A stretch of DNA of 64,000 bases, from NCBI RefSeq assembly GCF_018977255.1, contig NW_024704742.1, forward strand, positions 84,818,001 to 84,882,000, written 5' to 3'. Below, one piece after another: positions 1-12,133 of this stretch (its first letter is position 1; every line of letters begins with the position of its first letter). Both the position numbers and the translations under genes were made by a program. This stretch comes from Callorhinchus milii. Lineage: Eukaryota. The notes beneath the pieces are model-generated. The model did not search any database. It was not told the origin of the DNA and saw only the letters and a list, made by a program, of their open reading frames with translations.

Positions 1-192
1 TGAAAGGTGGTCGTTCATCGATCTGAACAAATGTAATCACATAATCACAGTAATAATCACATAGGATTATTGCTTGTTCCCTATGTGGATTTGGGTATAA
101 TGTTGCTGCTTTAGACAAATCTAGTTTTTTTTAACCCTGTACAGTTTTAGAATGAGAATATTACACTACTGTGTTCATGCACAATAACCTTG

Positions 193-645
193 TAATAATA
201 ATAATCCTTGCATTTGATATAGCGCTTTTCACATTGGGAGGACATCCCAAAGCGCTTCACAGAACACACTGTAAAGTGAATTCACTGTATATTTGTGGGC
301 GAACGCGGCAGCCAATTGCGCACAACAATAATAATAATCCTTGCATTTGATATAGCGCTTTTCACATCGGGAGGACGTCCCAAAGCGCTTCACAGAACAC
401 ACTGTAAAGTGAATTGACTGTATATTTGTGGGCGAACGCGGCAGCCAATTGCACACAGCAATGCCCCACAAACAGTCGTAGATTGAAAATGACCAATTTA
501 TTATTGTTTTTTTTTGTTTTTTGGAGGGATTATTATTAGGCTCTGTGTGGAGTAAGGAAACTTGCCCAAGGTTTCGCCCTCTGCCTGGAATTGAACTCAG
601 GTCTCTCGCTTGCAAAGCGAGTGCTCTAACCACTGAGCTAAGGAC
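193..645 (-). mobile_element. tRNA-derived SINE, short subfamily, with duplicated 3' tail
   Basis: tRNA-like head (A box tagctcagtgg, ttgcaag loop, B box gagttcaattcc), L2-like tail and (tta)n. Confidence 0.9.
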
Positions 646-3169
646 TTGTATCTGGAAATGGTTTAAATGTTAAGTTTGAAAGTAAGCTTTCAGTGTGTTT
701 CAGTTTATTTCAACAGTGACTTCACTAACCATTTGTGGTTTTGCATAGCCATAGTTCAGTCATGTGAACACAGCTGACGCTTAATCATCCATTAGTCTAC
801 TTAGCAAAGAGCTCAACTCCACAAAATAGCCAACTGAAAGCGAAAATGTGACAAGTAAAATAAAGCTTCTGAAATGAAATGCAAATACTGTAGTTTGTAT
901 GAAACCTATCCGATATTTTACAAGCATGTTCAGAACATGAACTGGCAATATTTAACCAGGGATAGGAAACAGTAACAATGTTTATGCAATGTTCTCAAAC
1001 ACTGCACTTTTGTTGCTCTGTAAAATAATTGTATTTCAAAGGCCAGTTTTGAAACTAATCTTTTTTAAGCTATTTATCTTCCATTTACAACATGGTTATT
1101 TCAGCAATCCTTTGATCTGGTTGGCAGAGAAGTAAAATGCCCATTACACAAGCAGCAGTCAAAATAAGATGCAAACTATACGTTTACATTCTAAACCTTT
1201 CTCACAGCGTCTCATAAATAGCATCCATTATAAGGAGGATTGTAGTTTCAGCTAGCTACAGGAGAAACATTTGTACATGTCTTTCAATTTGAAATTATAA
1301 AAGAGAATCTGTTAAGGGTCTGCATCGGGTGTTGCAAAGTAATTATGAAATTAGTATTAATTAGTATACAAACAGTTTTCAGATCCTGCAACAAAGTAAC
1401 AAAATACCCATTATAAGCATTGCTTCCCTGTTTGGTTGGCATCATCTGGGCTGTGCACCTTTCCAGACAGTTGGTGCTGTTGTTTGATTGCTCTACAGGG
1501 AGTCTATTTCCTCTCCCTGAGATCCACTCTTCATCTCCCTACAGATGCATGATAAACAAGCCAATGGTAAATTCAGTTACCTCCACGACTGAGTTGCAGC
1601 GACTTTTTGTGTGCAAGGTGATAAAGTGAACTCAGACTAAAACATCATGCAAATATTGCAACAGACGTGTGTCTTGAACCTCAGAAGAGCAAATTGTACC
1701 CTGCTAGTGGTTTCCACAAATCAGTGAGGATTTATAGAATCCATTTAGGTTGCCCCATTTAAGTGAATCAAGCTGGGTTTCTATTTGCTGTCTATTGAAC
1801 AGTGCATTTTAATTGGGTGGGGTTTCACTCAATACATTTTCCTCTCTGTTTTAGCTATTCTGATGATTGCACGTGGTTGTGCTCTGAGACACTCCTGTGT
1901 GAAGGATGCTATATACCTGCAAGTTATTGTGAAATTCCACCCTTTTCTATTCCAATGTATTACAACACGTTTCACATTGAAATAAAGAAATATTCTATTT
2001 CATTAACTTGGAATATTGGTATTAAACTGTTCCCAGTTTAATTCCAGATGTGTATTCATCATTTGGAGTTCCAAAATACTGATGTTATAATTAATGATAT
2101 ATCCTGTCCAGTAATTGAGAGACCTAGGTCTCTGTGCCACAACCATTTTCTAATAAGGCTTTTCTTAGTGGTCTAAAGCAATATGTGTTTGTATCGTCTG
2201 AATTTAAAAATTAGGTATGAGAAACATACATAATCTTAGTAATCTGGCAATGTCACAAAATGTGACAGAGGTGAAATAATTCCAAGGAAGAATTGTCTGG
2301 CTGCACTACAAGTGAAATTGTTGTAAATATGTAGTTTCAATGGCCTTATTATTTTGTCTGTAATACAATAACAAATTACATTCATGTAACGCCTTTCACG
2401 TTGGAAGGACATTCCAAGATGGACAGTTTAAGGCTTTGCACCCGACCTGGAGGTTGGAATCGAGAGATTTGAGGGTAGGGGGGTGGGAGTGTGGCCGAAA
2501 GGAAAGTCTTGAGACAAGCATTGAAGAAGACGAGGGAGGGGGTGATGTGGAGGGATTCGGGGATGGGGTTCTAGAGATGGGGGCAGAAAAGCTGAAGGCC
2601 GTATGCCTTTAGTGGTGTGGGGAGGGCGGAGGACATGGAACAGGCCAAGTGGAGGGAGCAGTCAGAATGGTTTCCACAAAATAAATATATATTCATATAA
2701 TGCTAATAATCCTTACATTTGATATAGTGCCTTATCACGTTGAGATGTCTCAAAGCGCTTCACAGAATATGCTGTGAAGTGACTGTGTATTTTGTATGCA
2801 AAACGGGTCAGCCAATTGTGACCAATGTTTTTGGTGCATGGAATGAACAGAATAAAATTTGAAGGAACAATGATTAACAAACTAGGGCTTTATACAGTTG
2901 AGTAATTAAATGTTTGGCACAAAAAGAGGAAACTGGGCTGTGTGGATGTTTAATGAGATTTAGAAGATGATGAGAAAAAATTAGATTTAATTGACAAAGC
3001 TGTAAAGACATATTCAAGAATTTGTATTAAATTAATCCTGAACCCTCTTCGTATAATTCTGAGCACAAATTAATGTTACACATAGAACAAATTTTTTACA
3101 TGTACTCTTGCAGTACTGGGTACAGTTCTAATCTTGAGCCTGTTCAGCTAAATACACTAAAACAGCTAA

Positions 3170-3880
3170 ATAAGCAAAAGCTCTTCAGGCTTGAAAAGAG
3201 ACATCTCGGAGGGCATGTTATCAAGGTATTTAAGATCCTAAATGGGTTGAAAGAGTAAATTTGGAACAATATACAATATTAGTTTCAGGTATACCAAGTC
3301 AGTAAGACAAGAGAGCATAGGTTCAGGGTTTTGAAGGGCAATTTCAGGACAGACGCAAATAAGTTCTTTATTTCTTTATAAGATAACTAGCTGTACCCAT
3401 TGCAGCTACGCTTGCAACCAAGGGATCCAATATGGAATGTAGATTTCAGTGATGCTATTCACAAACCATTTAACATGATATAACCACTGTGTGTACACCT
3501 TAAGCAAAACTGCAATACATGTCTGATGAGCTGTTTAGGTCATAGATCATCAACAAAAGGAGATTCCCCCCTAAAGATGCCCATAACTCGCCCATACCAG
3601 ACCTTTCCGATGAGGTATAAATCATGTCTCTACATCAATAAGTTATTGCGTTCTTAGCGGACACATACATAGACAGGCACAGAGACAGACACAAAGACAT
3701 TTTGTGTTTATTAGTATAGATTAACTACTGGAGTAAGTGATCATGGTGGGTGGTTGAGATTATAATATTGGACTTTTAAGAAACCGCTTGATGCCATAAT
3801 GGGAAGACGGTAGCGTGGGTAATGTGGAAGGATAAAATATGTTGATAGAACTACTTTGTTTGAACCGGTATCTTGTGAAT
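3170..3880 (+). mobile_element. CR1 LINE 3' fragment split by the Helitron
   Basis: LFRLEKRHLGGHVIKVFKILNGL and downstream CR1 ORF2-end similarity on both sides of 3387-3720. Confidence 0.7.
3387..3720 (-). mobile_element. Non-autonomous Helitron (334 bp)
   Basis: - strand begins TCtatactaataa and ends cagCTAG, inserted between A and T with no TSD; subterminal hairpin ttgcagctacgcttgcaa (3400-3417); internal (ACAG)-like microsatellite; interrupts a CR1 fragment. Confidence 0.8.
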
Positions 3881-5903
3881 ATTTATTGTAATTTTTCTCT
3901 CCACTCTTCTATTTTTATGAATCATTCCTATTTTAATCCAGGTCAGCATAATAAAAGGGGAAGGGTGGCGGGAGGGGAGTGGGGAGTGCTGCAGTTACCA
4001 GAGGAGAGAAGAAAAATGCTAATAACGTTCTTAGTAGAACTGTAAGGTCAACAATTTTGAGTCATTTCTGGAGTTAGTCAAAGTCTGTTGAGAAAAGAAA
4101 AGTTACTTCATGTCAAGTTTACAGTAGTAAAAGGAACAGCAAAAATCCCTTAATCTTCCTTTTTGTAGATGCTTGTTTTTGTTTTAGCAGTGTACCATTT
4201 TCAGCAGAAGGTTTACATAATCTAAATCATTCAACAGTAAAATACTTAAAATAATTGTAAAATTCAAATGATTTGATCTTGTACTGAGAGCAAGGTATGA
4301 GTCTGCAAAGCTGCAACATCTCCCCTGGGAGGAAATGTTTCATTGCAGCTTGTGAAGGTAATGATTGTGGCTATTATGCTCTGCATAGTCGAAGCCCTGC
4401 AATGCACTCGCAATGTGGAAGTTGAGTAGTGGATATTCAGTGATCGGATCTCATTTTCAAAATCTTCCCCCATTCCAGTTTTTTTTTACACACTGATGGT
4501 TTTAATAATCATTCTTTTTTTTATTTTATTCTTGCTTCTTGGTCCTTACACTGACTACAAAACAATTGATTTAGAAAGGTTACTGATTTACGCCTCAATT
4601 TTAATTGTAAATGACAACCTTGCTTTCTCTCGTTGATTTGTGCATCTTGTTGCACAAAGAAAATGAACATTGCATCTTTAAGCCATTTATACCAGGATCA
4701 CAAGACAATATTAGATGTAAGTAATGAAACCCAATAATGTGGTGATTCATTATTATAATCTTTACATTTGGTATAGTGCCTTTCACATCAGGAGATTGTC
4801 ACAAAGCACTTCACAGGATTTACTGTAAGGTGTAGTAACTATGTATTTTGTGGGAGATATAAGTAACTCTTTACTTGTGGATACTGCAGTATTTGTGAAA
4901 TTTGTTTTAATCATGTTTGCAAATTCTGTAGTTTAGTAAAAGGTAGATGATTTGAAGTCAAGAAATGACTGAATGTTTTACCTCGAATCTTCCAATCACT
5001 ATTTTGAAGAACCACGTGACTTATTACAAAGCTGTTTTTCGTTTACTGTGTAACAGTGTCGAGTGCAACTGATGTGTCCGTGTATTTAACCTATTTATTA
5101 AATGTTAAACTTTTAGAATTACTTATGCCTGCATAGCTTGATAAGAATTACCTTTTTATATATATGTATGGGTGTATATTTTATTTATATAGACACATAT
5201 ATGCTATTGGAACCAATGCCTTCATTAACCCTTTTACAAATGGATCGTAATATGAATGATGTCAGGTTTGGCTGCAGCATGCAAGAAATGCAGTTTAAAT
5301 TTTAACAGCATTGCCCCTCAGGTTATTTATCTGCTGGCGATTGTAAATAATTAGAGTTCTGGTGTAAACGTGATAACATTTCAAAATTTGAAAACTAAAC
5401 CACTATTGTATAGAAAAGTTTTCAAACCAACTGAAAGCCTTTGCTGCACCTCCATTCTCCTTTGGTAAAGGAATCTAGGCGGTCACCTGGGATTTGTGGT
5501 GTAAAGGGATCTGGTGGCACTTGACAGCTCATCCATCTTCCATCATGGTCTCACCATTGCTGTTCTTTATAAAGTCAGACTTTCTAAGTTGTTGAAATCT
5601 TGTGACTGCGGTCACTGTGGGGAGCTTCCTACAATTGCAAAACTAGGTGAGGAACATAAATGCAAGTTATTGTTGTAAACAAATGGATTTGAGAGCTGTC
5701 ACATCTACCTCACACTACTTAATTTTTTCTCTGGAGAGCCCTGTTGTAACTACAAATCTATGAGACTTAAACAATGCACAATATTTGAAAGTATTGAATT
5801 GCATCTTCCAGGATATCCTAAGGACACCGCTATCTTCAAAAGACAATCTTGCAAGTGGGATATTTTTTAAAAAATTACTTTGAGACTAGTCATCCATTTT
5901 ATT

Positions 5904-6006
5904 ACAAAAACAGAAGTCGCCGGGAACATTCAGCAGGTCAGGCAGCATTTATGGAGAAAGGAAAGTGAGTCAACGTTTCAGGTCCACGACCCTTCGTCAG
6001 AACTCA
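5904..6006 (-). mobile_element. Penelope-like element terminal repeat fragment
   Basis: - strand agttctgacgaagggtc...gaaacgttgactcactttcctttctcc..gctgcctgacctgctga, the typical fish/shark Penelope 3' repeat. Confidence 0.75.
5966..6006 (-). ncRNA. Minimal type I hammerhead ribozyme motif
   Basis: UGAGUU-CUGACGA-A-GGGUC(GUG)GACCU-GAA-ACGUU-GACUCA: stem I 6 bp, stem II 5 bp, conserved core, palindromic ACGU stem III. Confidence 0.65.
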
Positions 6007-6099
6007 TATCATCCATACCCACCAGTTCTGGTCAGGTTTCCCATCACTAAACGGATCGACTTCATGATCCTCAAACTTGTGTTCAAATCCCTTCACTCT

Positions 6100-8110
6100 C
6101 TGTAGGGGTGAGGGAAGGCAGAGAGGTGGGAGAGCAACCAAAGGCACGATCGAAGAGAAGGGTCTTGAGACTGGCCTTGAAGGAGGCAAGGGAGGAAGTG
6201 AGGCGAAGTGATGGAGTTCCAGAGTGTGGGGGTAAAGAGGCTGAAAGCCCGGCCATTGATGGTCGGGGGGGAGACATGGAGCAGGCCGGAGCCCGCTGAA
6301 TGGAGGGAGCGGGCAGGTTGGTAAGCCGATGAGGAGGGAGTTTCCATAATCGAGCCATGATGTGATGAATATGTGGGTGAGGGTTTCGGCAGCCTGAGGG
6401 GTGAGGCAGTGGCGGAGTCTGGCAATGTTGCGGGGGTGGTGGTGGGCAGTGCCGGTCATGGCGCAGATGTGGGGGAGAAAGGACAGTTCAGGGTCAAACA
6501 GGTTCCTGACTGGCTTAGTGAGGTTGAGTGTGCAGCCATGGAGGCTATTGCCAGTGCCTGACGTGTGTAGGTGCTGGCATGAGCCAATTAGGAAGGCCTC
6601 GATCTTGTGGACGTTGAGTTGGAGAAAGTTGTCCCTCGTCCAGGGCTTGATATCGGACAGGCAGTCAGTCAGGACGCCAGTAGTCCCCAGAGTTGAGGGT
6701 GGAGGCAGAGAGATAGAGTTGGGTGTCATCCACATACATGTGGAAATTTACCCCATATCTGTGGATGATGTCACCAAGGGGGAGCATGTAGAGGGTGAAG
6801 AGGAGGGGACCGAGGACAGAGCCCTGAGGAACACCGCACGAGACAGTGCGGGGGCTGGTTGAGAAGCCGTTTGCTGCGACGAAGTGGAGACGGTGTGAAA
6901 GGTAGGACCTGAACCAGTCAAGGACAGAACCTTGAAGGTTGAGGTGTGAGGAGAGGCGATGGAGGAGGATTGAGTGGTCCATGGGGTCAAAGTAGTGGAG
7001 AGACAAGGAGACAGAGGGGGCCCTGGTCATACATGGTCAGGATGTCCTTTGTGACCTTGACCAAAGCAGTTTCCGTGTTGTGGGCAGCACAGAAACCTGA
7101 TTGGAGGGGTTCATGGAGGGAGTGGGAGGAGAGGAAAGAGCGAAGTTGGGAGGCAACAGCTCTCTCAAGGACCTTGGATAGGAAAGGGAGGTTTGAGATG
7201 GGCCGGTAGCTGGATAGCTGTGATGGGTCGAGGAAAGGTTTCTTCAAGGTGGGGGTGATAGTGGCTGTTTTGAGGGGGAAAAGAACAGTACCAGATGACA
7301 GGGAGAGGTTGATGATGTCGGCGAGTAGTGGGACAAGGAGATGGAGCTGAGATTTAAGGATAGGTGTGGGGATGGGATCCAGGGAGCAGGTGGTGAGCTT
7401 CATGGAGAATATGGTAGTGAAGACGGAGGAGGAGTTGACAGGTTCAAAGGTGTGGAAGGAGGGATGGGTAATTGTCGGAGTGTGGAGTGGGAGTAGGGAG
7501 GGGTTGGAAGTTGGGAGGGCGGTGGCAGTTGAGCAAATTCCCTCAATTTTGGTTTGGGGAAGTCCAGCATTTTCTCGTAGTGAAAGTCAGAGGAAAGAAT
7601 CTGCGAGGTGTGGCGGGGAGCGCGGAGGAGCCAGTTGGTGGTGGAGAAGCCTGGGGTTGCCCTTCGCCTCCAGGATTAACCTGGAGTAGAAGGATGATTT
7701 GGCTGAGGCGAGAGTGGAGCGGTAGGTTTTGATGAGGTCCAGCCAGTTGTGGCGGTTGGACCGTTAGGCCGGATTTAAACCAAGTGCGTTGGGCAGCCTA
7801 CACCTGGCCCTTAAGCGAGCGGAGGTGGCTGGTGAACCAGGGTGACGATTGGGAATAGGAGGCAGTTCGGGAGGTGAGGGGGGAAAGGGCGTCGAGTGTG
7901 GTGGAGAGGGTGCTGTGGAGAAAAGTAAGCGCAGCAAGTGGGTTGGTGCAAGAGGTGGGCCAGAGCGGGAGGAGTTCAGAGGACTCCAGGGCAGCAGAGA
8001 AGGACTGCGGGGAGATCTTCTTCTACGGGCGGTAGAAGATGGTGGTAGATTTGGAGTCAGTGAGGAGAGGGATATGGGAGTCCAGGGAGCAGAGGGTGGG
8101 CAGCTTCAAA
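6100..8110 (-). mobile_element. L2-clade LINE, degenerate ORF2/RT
   Basis: [28 protein letters not shown] and HMYVDDTQL motifs in broken ORFs. Confidence 0.92.
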
Positions 8111-8229
8111 CATTTCTCAGCTTGCTATGAGGAAACCACATGATACGTCACTCAGTGTTTGTCCTCGATCCTCCGCACAGTGGCCGAGGAAGGCTCCGAT
8201 CATCTGTCCTGACAGTGAACCACGAAACG

Positions 8230-8590
8230 CTTTCCTCATTCCCTCCCTCCTCGCCCCCCCGCCTGCTGTCTTTGCTCTCTCTCTCTCACTTACTCTTCTC
8301 TCCCCCTCTCCTTCATGCTCACTCTCTGTCAATTACTCTCTCCTCCTCTGTTAATCTCTTTCTCTTCCCTCCCAATTATTCTTTCCCTCTCTCAAACATT
8401 CTTTCTCTTCTCTCTCTCTCTCTCAATTACCCTCTCTCTCCTCTTTCTTTCTCTTTCCTCTCTCTTTCTCTCTCCCTGTCAATCATACTCTCTCTTCTCC
8501 CATATCGTAATCTCTCTCTCTTTCCCCATCCTCTCACTCTCCTCTCTTTCTATCTCCTCATCTCTCTCTCTCTCTCNTTCTGTCAATCAA
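8230..8590 (+). repeat. (CT)-rich polypyrimidine low-complexity tract
   Basis: About 360 bp of mostly C/T with recurrent tcaattac/tcaatc interruptions; one N at 8577. Confidence 0.9.
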
Positions 8591-8680
8591 CCACATGGCT
8601 CCCTATTTAGCAGTGTGAACAGCCACTCTCCTGGTCGCGCAGATAGCCCACTATCTGGCAGCCCAATATCTAGGAGGAAG

Positions 8681-8876
8681 ATCATAGAATCATACAGCAC
8701 AGAAAGAGGCCATTCGGCCCATTGCGTCTGCGCCGGCTCCTAAAAGAGCAATCCAACTTAATCCCACTGGCCGCTTTCTTTCCATAGCCCTGCAATCCTG
8801 TCCTCCCCAATTACCGATCTACTTCTCTCTTAAAAGTTGTTATTGAATCGGCTTCCACTACCCTTTTGGGTAATGC
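8681..8876 (-). mobile_element. CR1 3' end
   Basis: (catagaat) tail plus gaggccattcggccc hairpin typical of the CR1 3' UTR. Confidence 0.8.
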
Positions 8877-9229
8877 TGGACATTTTAATTGCAGTCCATG
8901 TTTTACTACAGGAACAAATAGGCTACTGTTAAAGACTGAACATTTTAAGTCAACTGTAAATCATTAAGCTAGGTTTTGTTTACAAATATACTGCATAAAC
9001 TGAAAGCCTTTAATTCTGAACTGAATCAACCTAATGTATTCAGTAACTTGTCAAGGGCAAAGTCAACAACAGGAACTTGCATTTATACAGCGCCCTTCAT
9101 GTGGTAGCGTCCAGGAACGCTTGACAATGGACGAGCTTGATACCGAGCTGGGGAGAAAGGGGAGATGAATGTTGGCACAGTCAAATAGGAAGGTCTTCAG
9201 ATGTGATCTGAAGATGGGCAGGAAGGCAA

Positions 9230-11660
9230 GGCAACAACAACAATAACAAATTATATTTGTATAGCACCTTTCATATCAGGAGGACATCCCAAGATTCTGG
9301 ATTGTCAGGGATCTGCGCCCAAGCTGGTGGTTGGAATCAGGAGGATTGGGGGGAGGGTGACCAAAGGCGCGCTGAAAGAGGAGGGTCTTGAGATGGGTCT
9401 TGAAAGAGGCAAGGAAAGGGGTGAGGTGGGGGGACTGTGGGATGGAGTTCCAGAGGGTGGGGGCAGAGAGGCTGAAGGCCCGTCCGCCAATGGTGGGGGA
9501 CGTGAAGCAGGCTGGAACCCGCTGAGCGTAGGGGGCAGACAGGTTGATAGGGGGAGATCACAGAGATAGGGAGGAGCAAGGCCACAGAGGGCTTTATATC
9601 TCTCAGTCATGGGGAGACAATGGAGCTGGGCGAGGATGGGGGTGATAGGGTTGTGGAGCCTGCGGAAGAGGACACAGGCTGCAAAGATCTGGATGACCTG
9701 CAGCTTGTGGAGGAAAGAGTTGGGGAAGCCAACAAGGAGGGAATTTCCAGTCGAGCCTTGAGGTGATGATTGTGTGTATGAGGGTTTCGACAACTTGAGG
9801 GTGAGGCAGTGGTGGAGTTGGACAATGTTGCGGAGGTGGGGGAAGGCAGAGCACAGTCATGGCACGGATTTAGGGGAGAAAGGACAGTTGAGGGTCGAAC
9901 AAAATGCCCAGGTTCCTGGCTGCTTGGTGAGGTGGAATGTGCAACCGTGGATGCTGATACTGCCGGTGCCTGAGGTGCGAAGGTGCTGGCGCGAGTCAAT
10001 CAGGAGAGCCGCGGTCTTGCTGACATTCAGCAATAGAAAGTTGCCTCTCATCCAGGACTTGATGTCAGACAGACAGTTTCTCAGGACATCAGTTGTCCTG
10101 AAATTGAGGGTGGAAGGCAGAGAGATAGAGTTGAGTGTCATCCAAGTACATGTGGAAGTTGACCCCATTTCTGTGGATGATGTCGCCAAGGTTTAGCATG
10201 TAGAGGTTGAAGAGGAGGGGATCGAGGGCAGAGCCCTCAGGAACACCGTACGAGACCTAGCGGGGGCTGCAAGAGAAACCGTTGGCGGAGACAAATTGGA
10301 GATGATGTGAGAGATAAGGCCTGAACCATTCAAGGACAGAACCTTGAAGGTTGAAGTGAGAGGAGAGGTAGTGGAGGAGAATGGAGTGGTCCATGGTATC
10401 GAAGGCAGCAGAGAGGACGAGGAGACAGAGTGAGTCCTGGTCACCAATGGGCAGGCACAAAAACAGAGAGAGCTGGGAAAACTCAGCAGGTCAGACAGCA
10501 TCTTTGGAGAAAGGAAAGTGAGTCAACGTTTTGGGTCCACGACCTAGTTCTGACGAAGGGTTGTGGACCCAAAATGTTGACTCACTTTCCTTTCTTCATA
10601 GGTGCTGCCTAACCTGCTGAGTTTTCTCAGCTCTCTCTCTGTTTTTGTTTCAGATTCCAGCATCTGCAGTATTTTGTGTTTTGACCAATGGGCAGGATGT
10701 CGTTTGTCACCTTGACAAAAGCAGTCTTGACCGTGCTCACAGAACCAAAATCTGATTGGAGGCGCTCATGAAGGGAGTGGTAAGTGAGGAAGGAACGAAG
10801 CAGGGAAGCAATGACTCTTCAAGAACCTTGGAAAGAAAAGGGAGATTGGCAATGGGCCGGTAGTTAGAAAACAGGGATGGGTCCAGGGAAGGCTTTTTCT
10901 GGATGGGGATGATCATAGCTGTTTTTAGAAGCATGGGGATGGTGCCGGATGATAGGGAGAGGTTGATGGTGTTGGAGAGCAGAGGGGCGAGAAGGTGCAG
11001 CTGGGAGGTAAGGAGAAGGGTGGTGTGTTTCATGCTAGGTATGGTGGTGATGGGAGAGGAGGGGTAGACAAGTTTGAAGATGTGGAGGGATGGGTAGGGG
11101 TTGTAGTGTGGTGGGAAGATGGGGAGAGAGTGGTGGTTGAGAAGGCGGAGACAGCTGAATGGATTTTGGACTCGAGAAAATCCAGCATCTCCTCATAGTC
11201 AGAGTTTGAGTAGAGAATGGGCGAGGCGTAGGAGGGTGGACAGAGGAGCCGGTTGGTGATGGAGAATAGGAGCCTGGGGTTGTCCTTCGCCTCCAAGATT
11301 ATCTTGGAGTTGGACGATTTGGTGGAGGCGAGGGCTGAGCGGTACATTTTGATGTGGTCCGGTGGCCCGCTAGATCAGATTTGAGCCAGGTGTGTTCGGC
11401 GGCCCGCACCTGACCCTTTAAGGAGCGGATGTGGCTGGTGTACTAGGGTGAGGTTAGTGAGTAGGAGGCAGTTCGGGAGGTGAGTGGAGCAAGGGCATCA
11501 AGAGTGGTGGAGAGGGAGTTGTGGAGGAGAGTGAGCGAGGAGGATAAATTAGTGTGGGGTGTAGGCTAGAGGGGAGGAGTTCAGATGACTCCAGGGAAGC
11601 AGAGAGGAATTGTGGGGAGATTTTTTTCCAGGGGCGGTAGGAGATGCAGGTGGTTTGAGT
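9230..11660 (-). mobile_element. L2-clade LINE, degenerate ORF2/RT (split by the Penelope-type insertion)
   Basis: NYRPIANLPFLSKVLE, LSAAFDTMDHSILL, CLSDIKSWMRGNFL; 3' tail (caa)n near 9235. Confidence 0.92.
10456..10683. mobile_element. Fold-back Penelope-type insertion inside an L2 element
   Basis: About 88-bp inverted arms around tagttctgacgaag; perfect 13-bp TSD accaatgggcagg at 10443-10455 and 10684-10696. Confidence 0.85.
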
Positions 11661-12133
11661 GGCGGATTTAAACCTTAAAATGGCATCTTGTGCAGTACTG
11701 CACTAGAGGTTCCCCCCCCCCCCCCCCACCTAAAGATTGTCTTTTAATGTATGTTTACTCTGTCTAATGGCATTGTATTTATTTTTACATCCCCTTCCTT
11801 CTCTGCTGATTTATGATCTATTGAATTTGACAAAATGTATTGCTTCATAATGGTGTGAAAGCTCTTGAGTTTGTCTCTATAATTCTTTCGAAAAAAATCA
11901 AGATGCAAGTGAATTAAAATCCAACTTTCACAGAAGCTTCATGGGAATGCCTTTGATAGTTCAGATGACTGTGCTGTAAAACTGTTGTATAAAAACTAAA
12001 GCACTGTGTTTACAAATCTATGTTTACATCAGAATGAAACTTGGCATGTTAAAATGCTGGCATAGTAAGTACCTGTTCATTTTTAAAGTCCTGCTGAAAA
12101 ATGTAACTGGTGATGTTTATTTCTTCCTATTAG

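Noticed and set aside
229..633. 134-aa ORF and similar ORFs with poly-Tyr or poly-Ile (34730, 17340, 41506)
   Set aside because: Chance translations of SINE sequence and (TTA)n tails.
6004..7403. RT-like ORFs as a functional reverse transcriptase gene
   Set aside because: Multiple frameshifts, stops and deletions; dead L2 copies.
8117..8743. Leu/Ser-rich membrane-like ORFs
   Set aside because: Translation of the CT-rich low-complexity tract.
1..12133. UGCG exon 1 and promoter
   Set aside because: No sequence encoding the N-terminal signal-anchor and no CpG island seen; it must lie upstream of the window.
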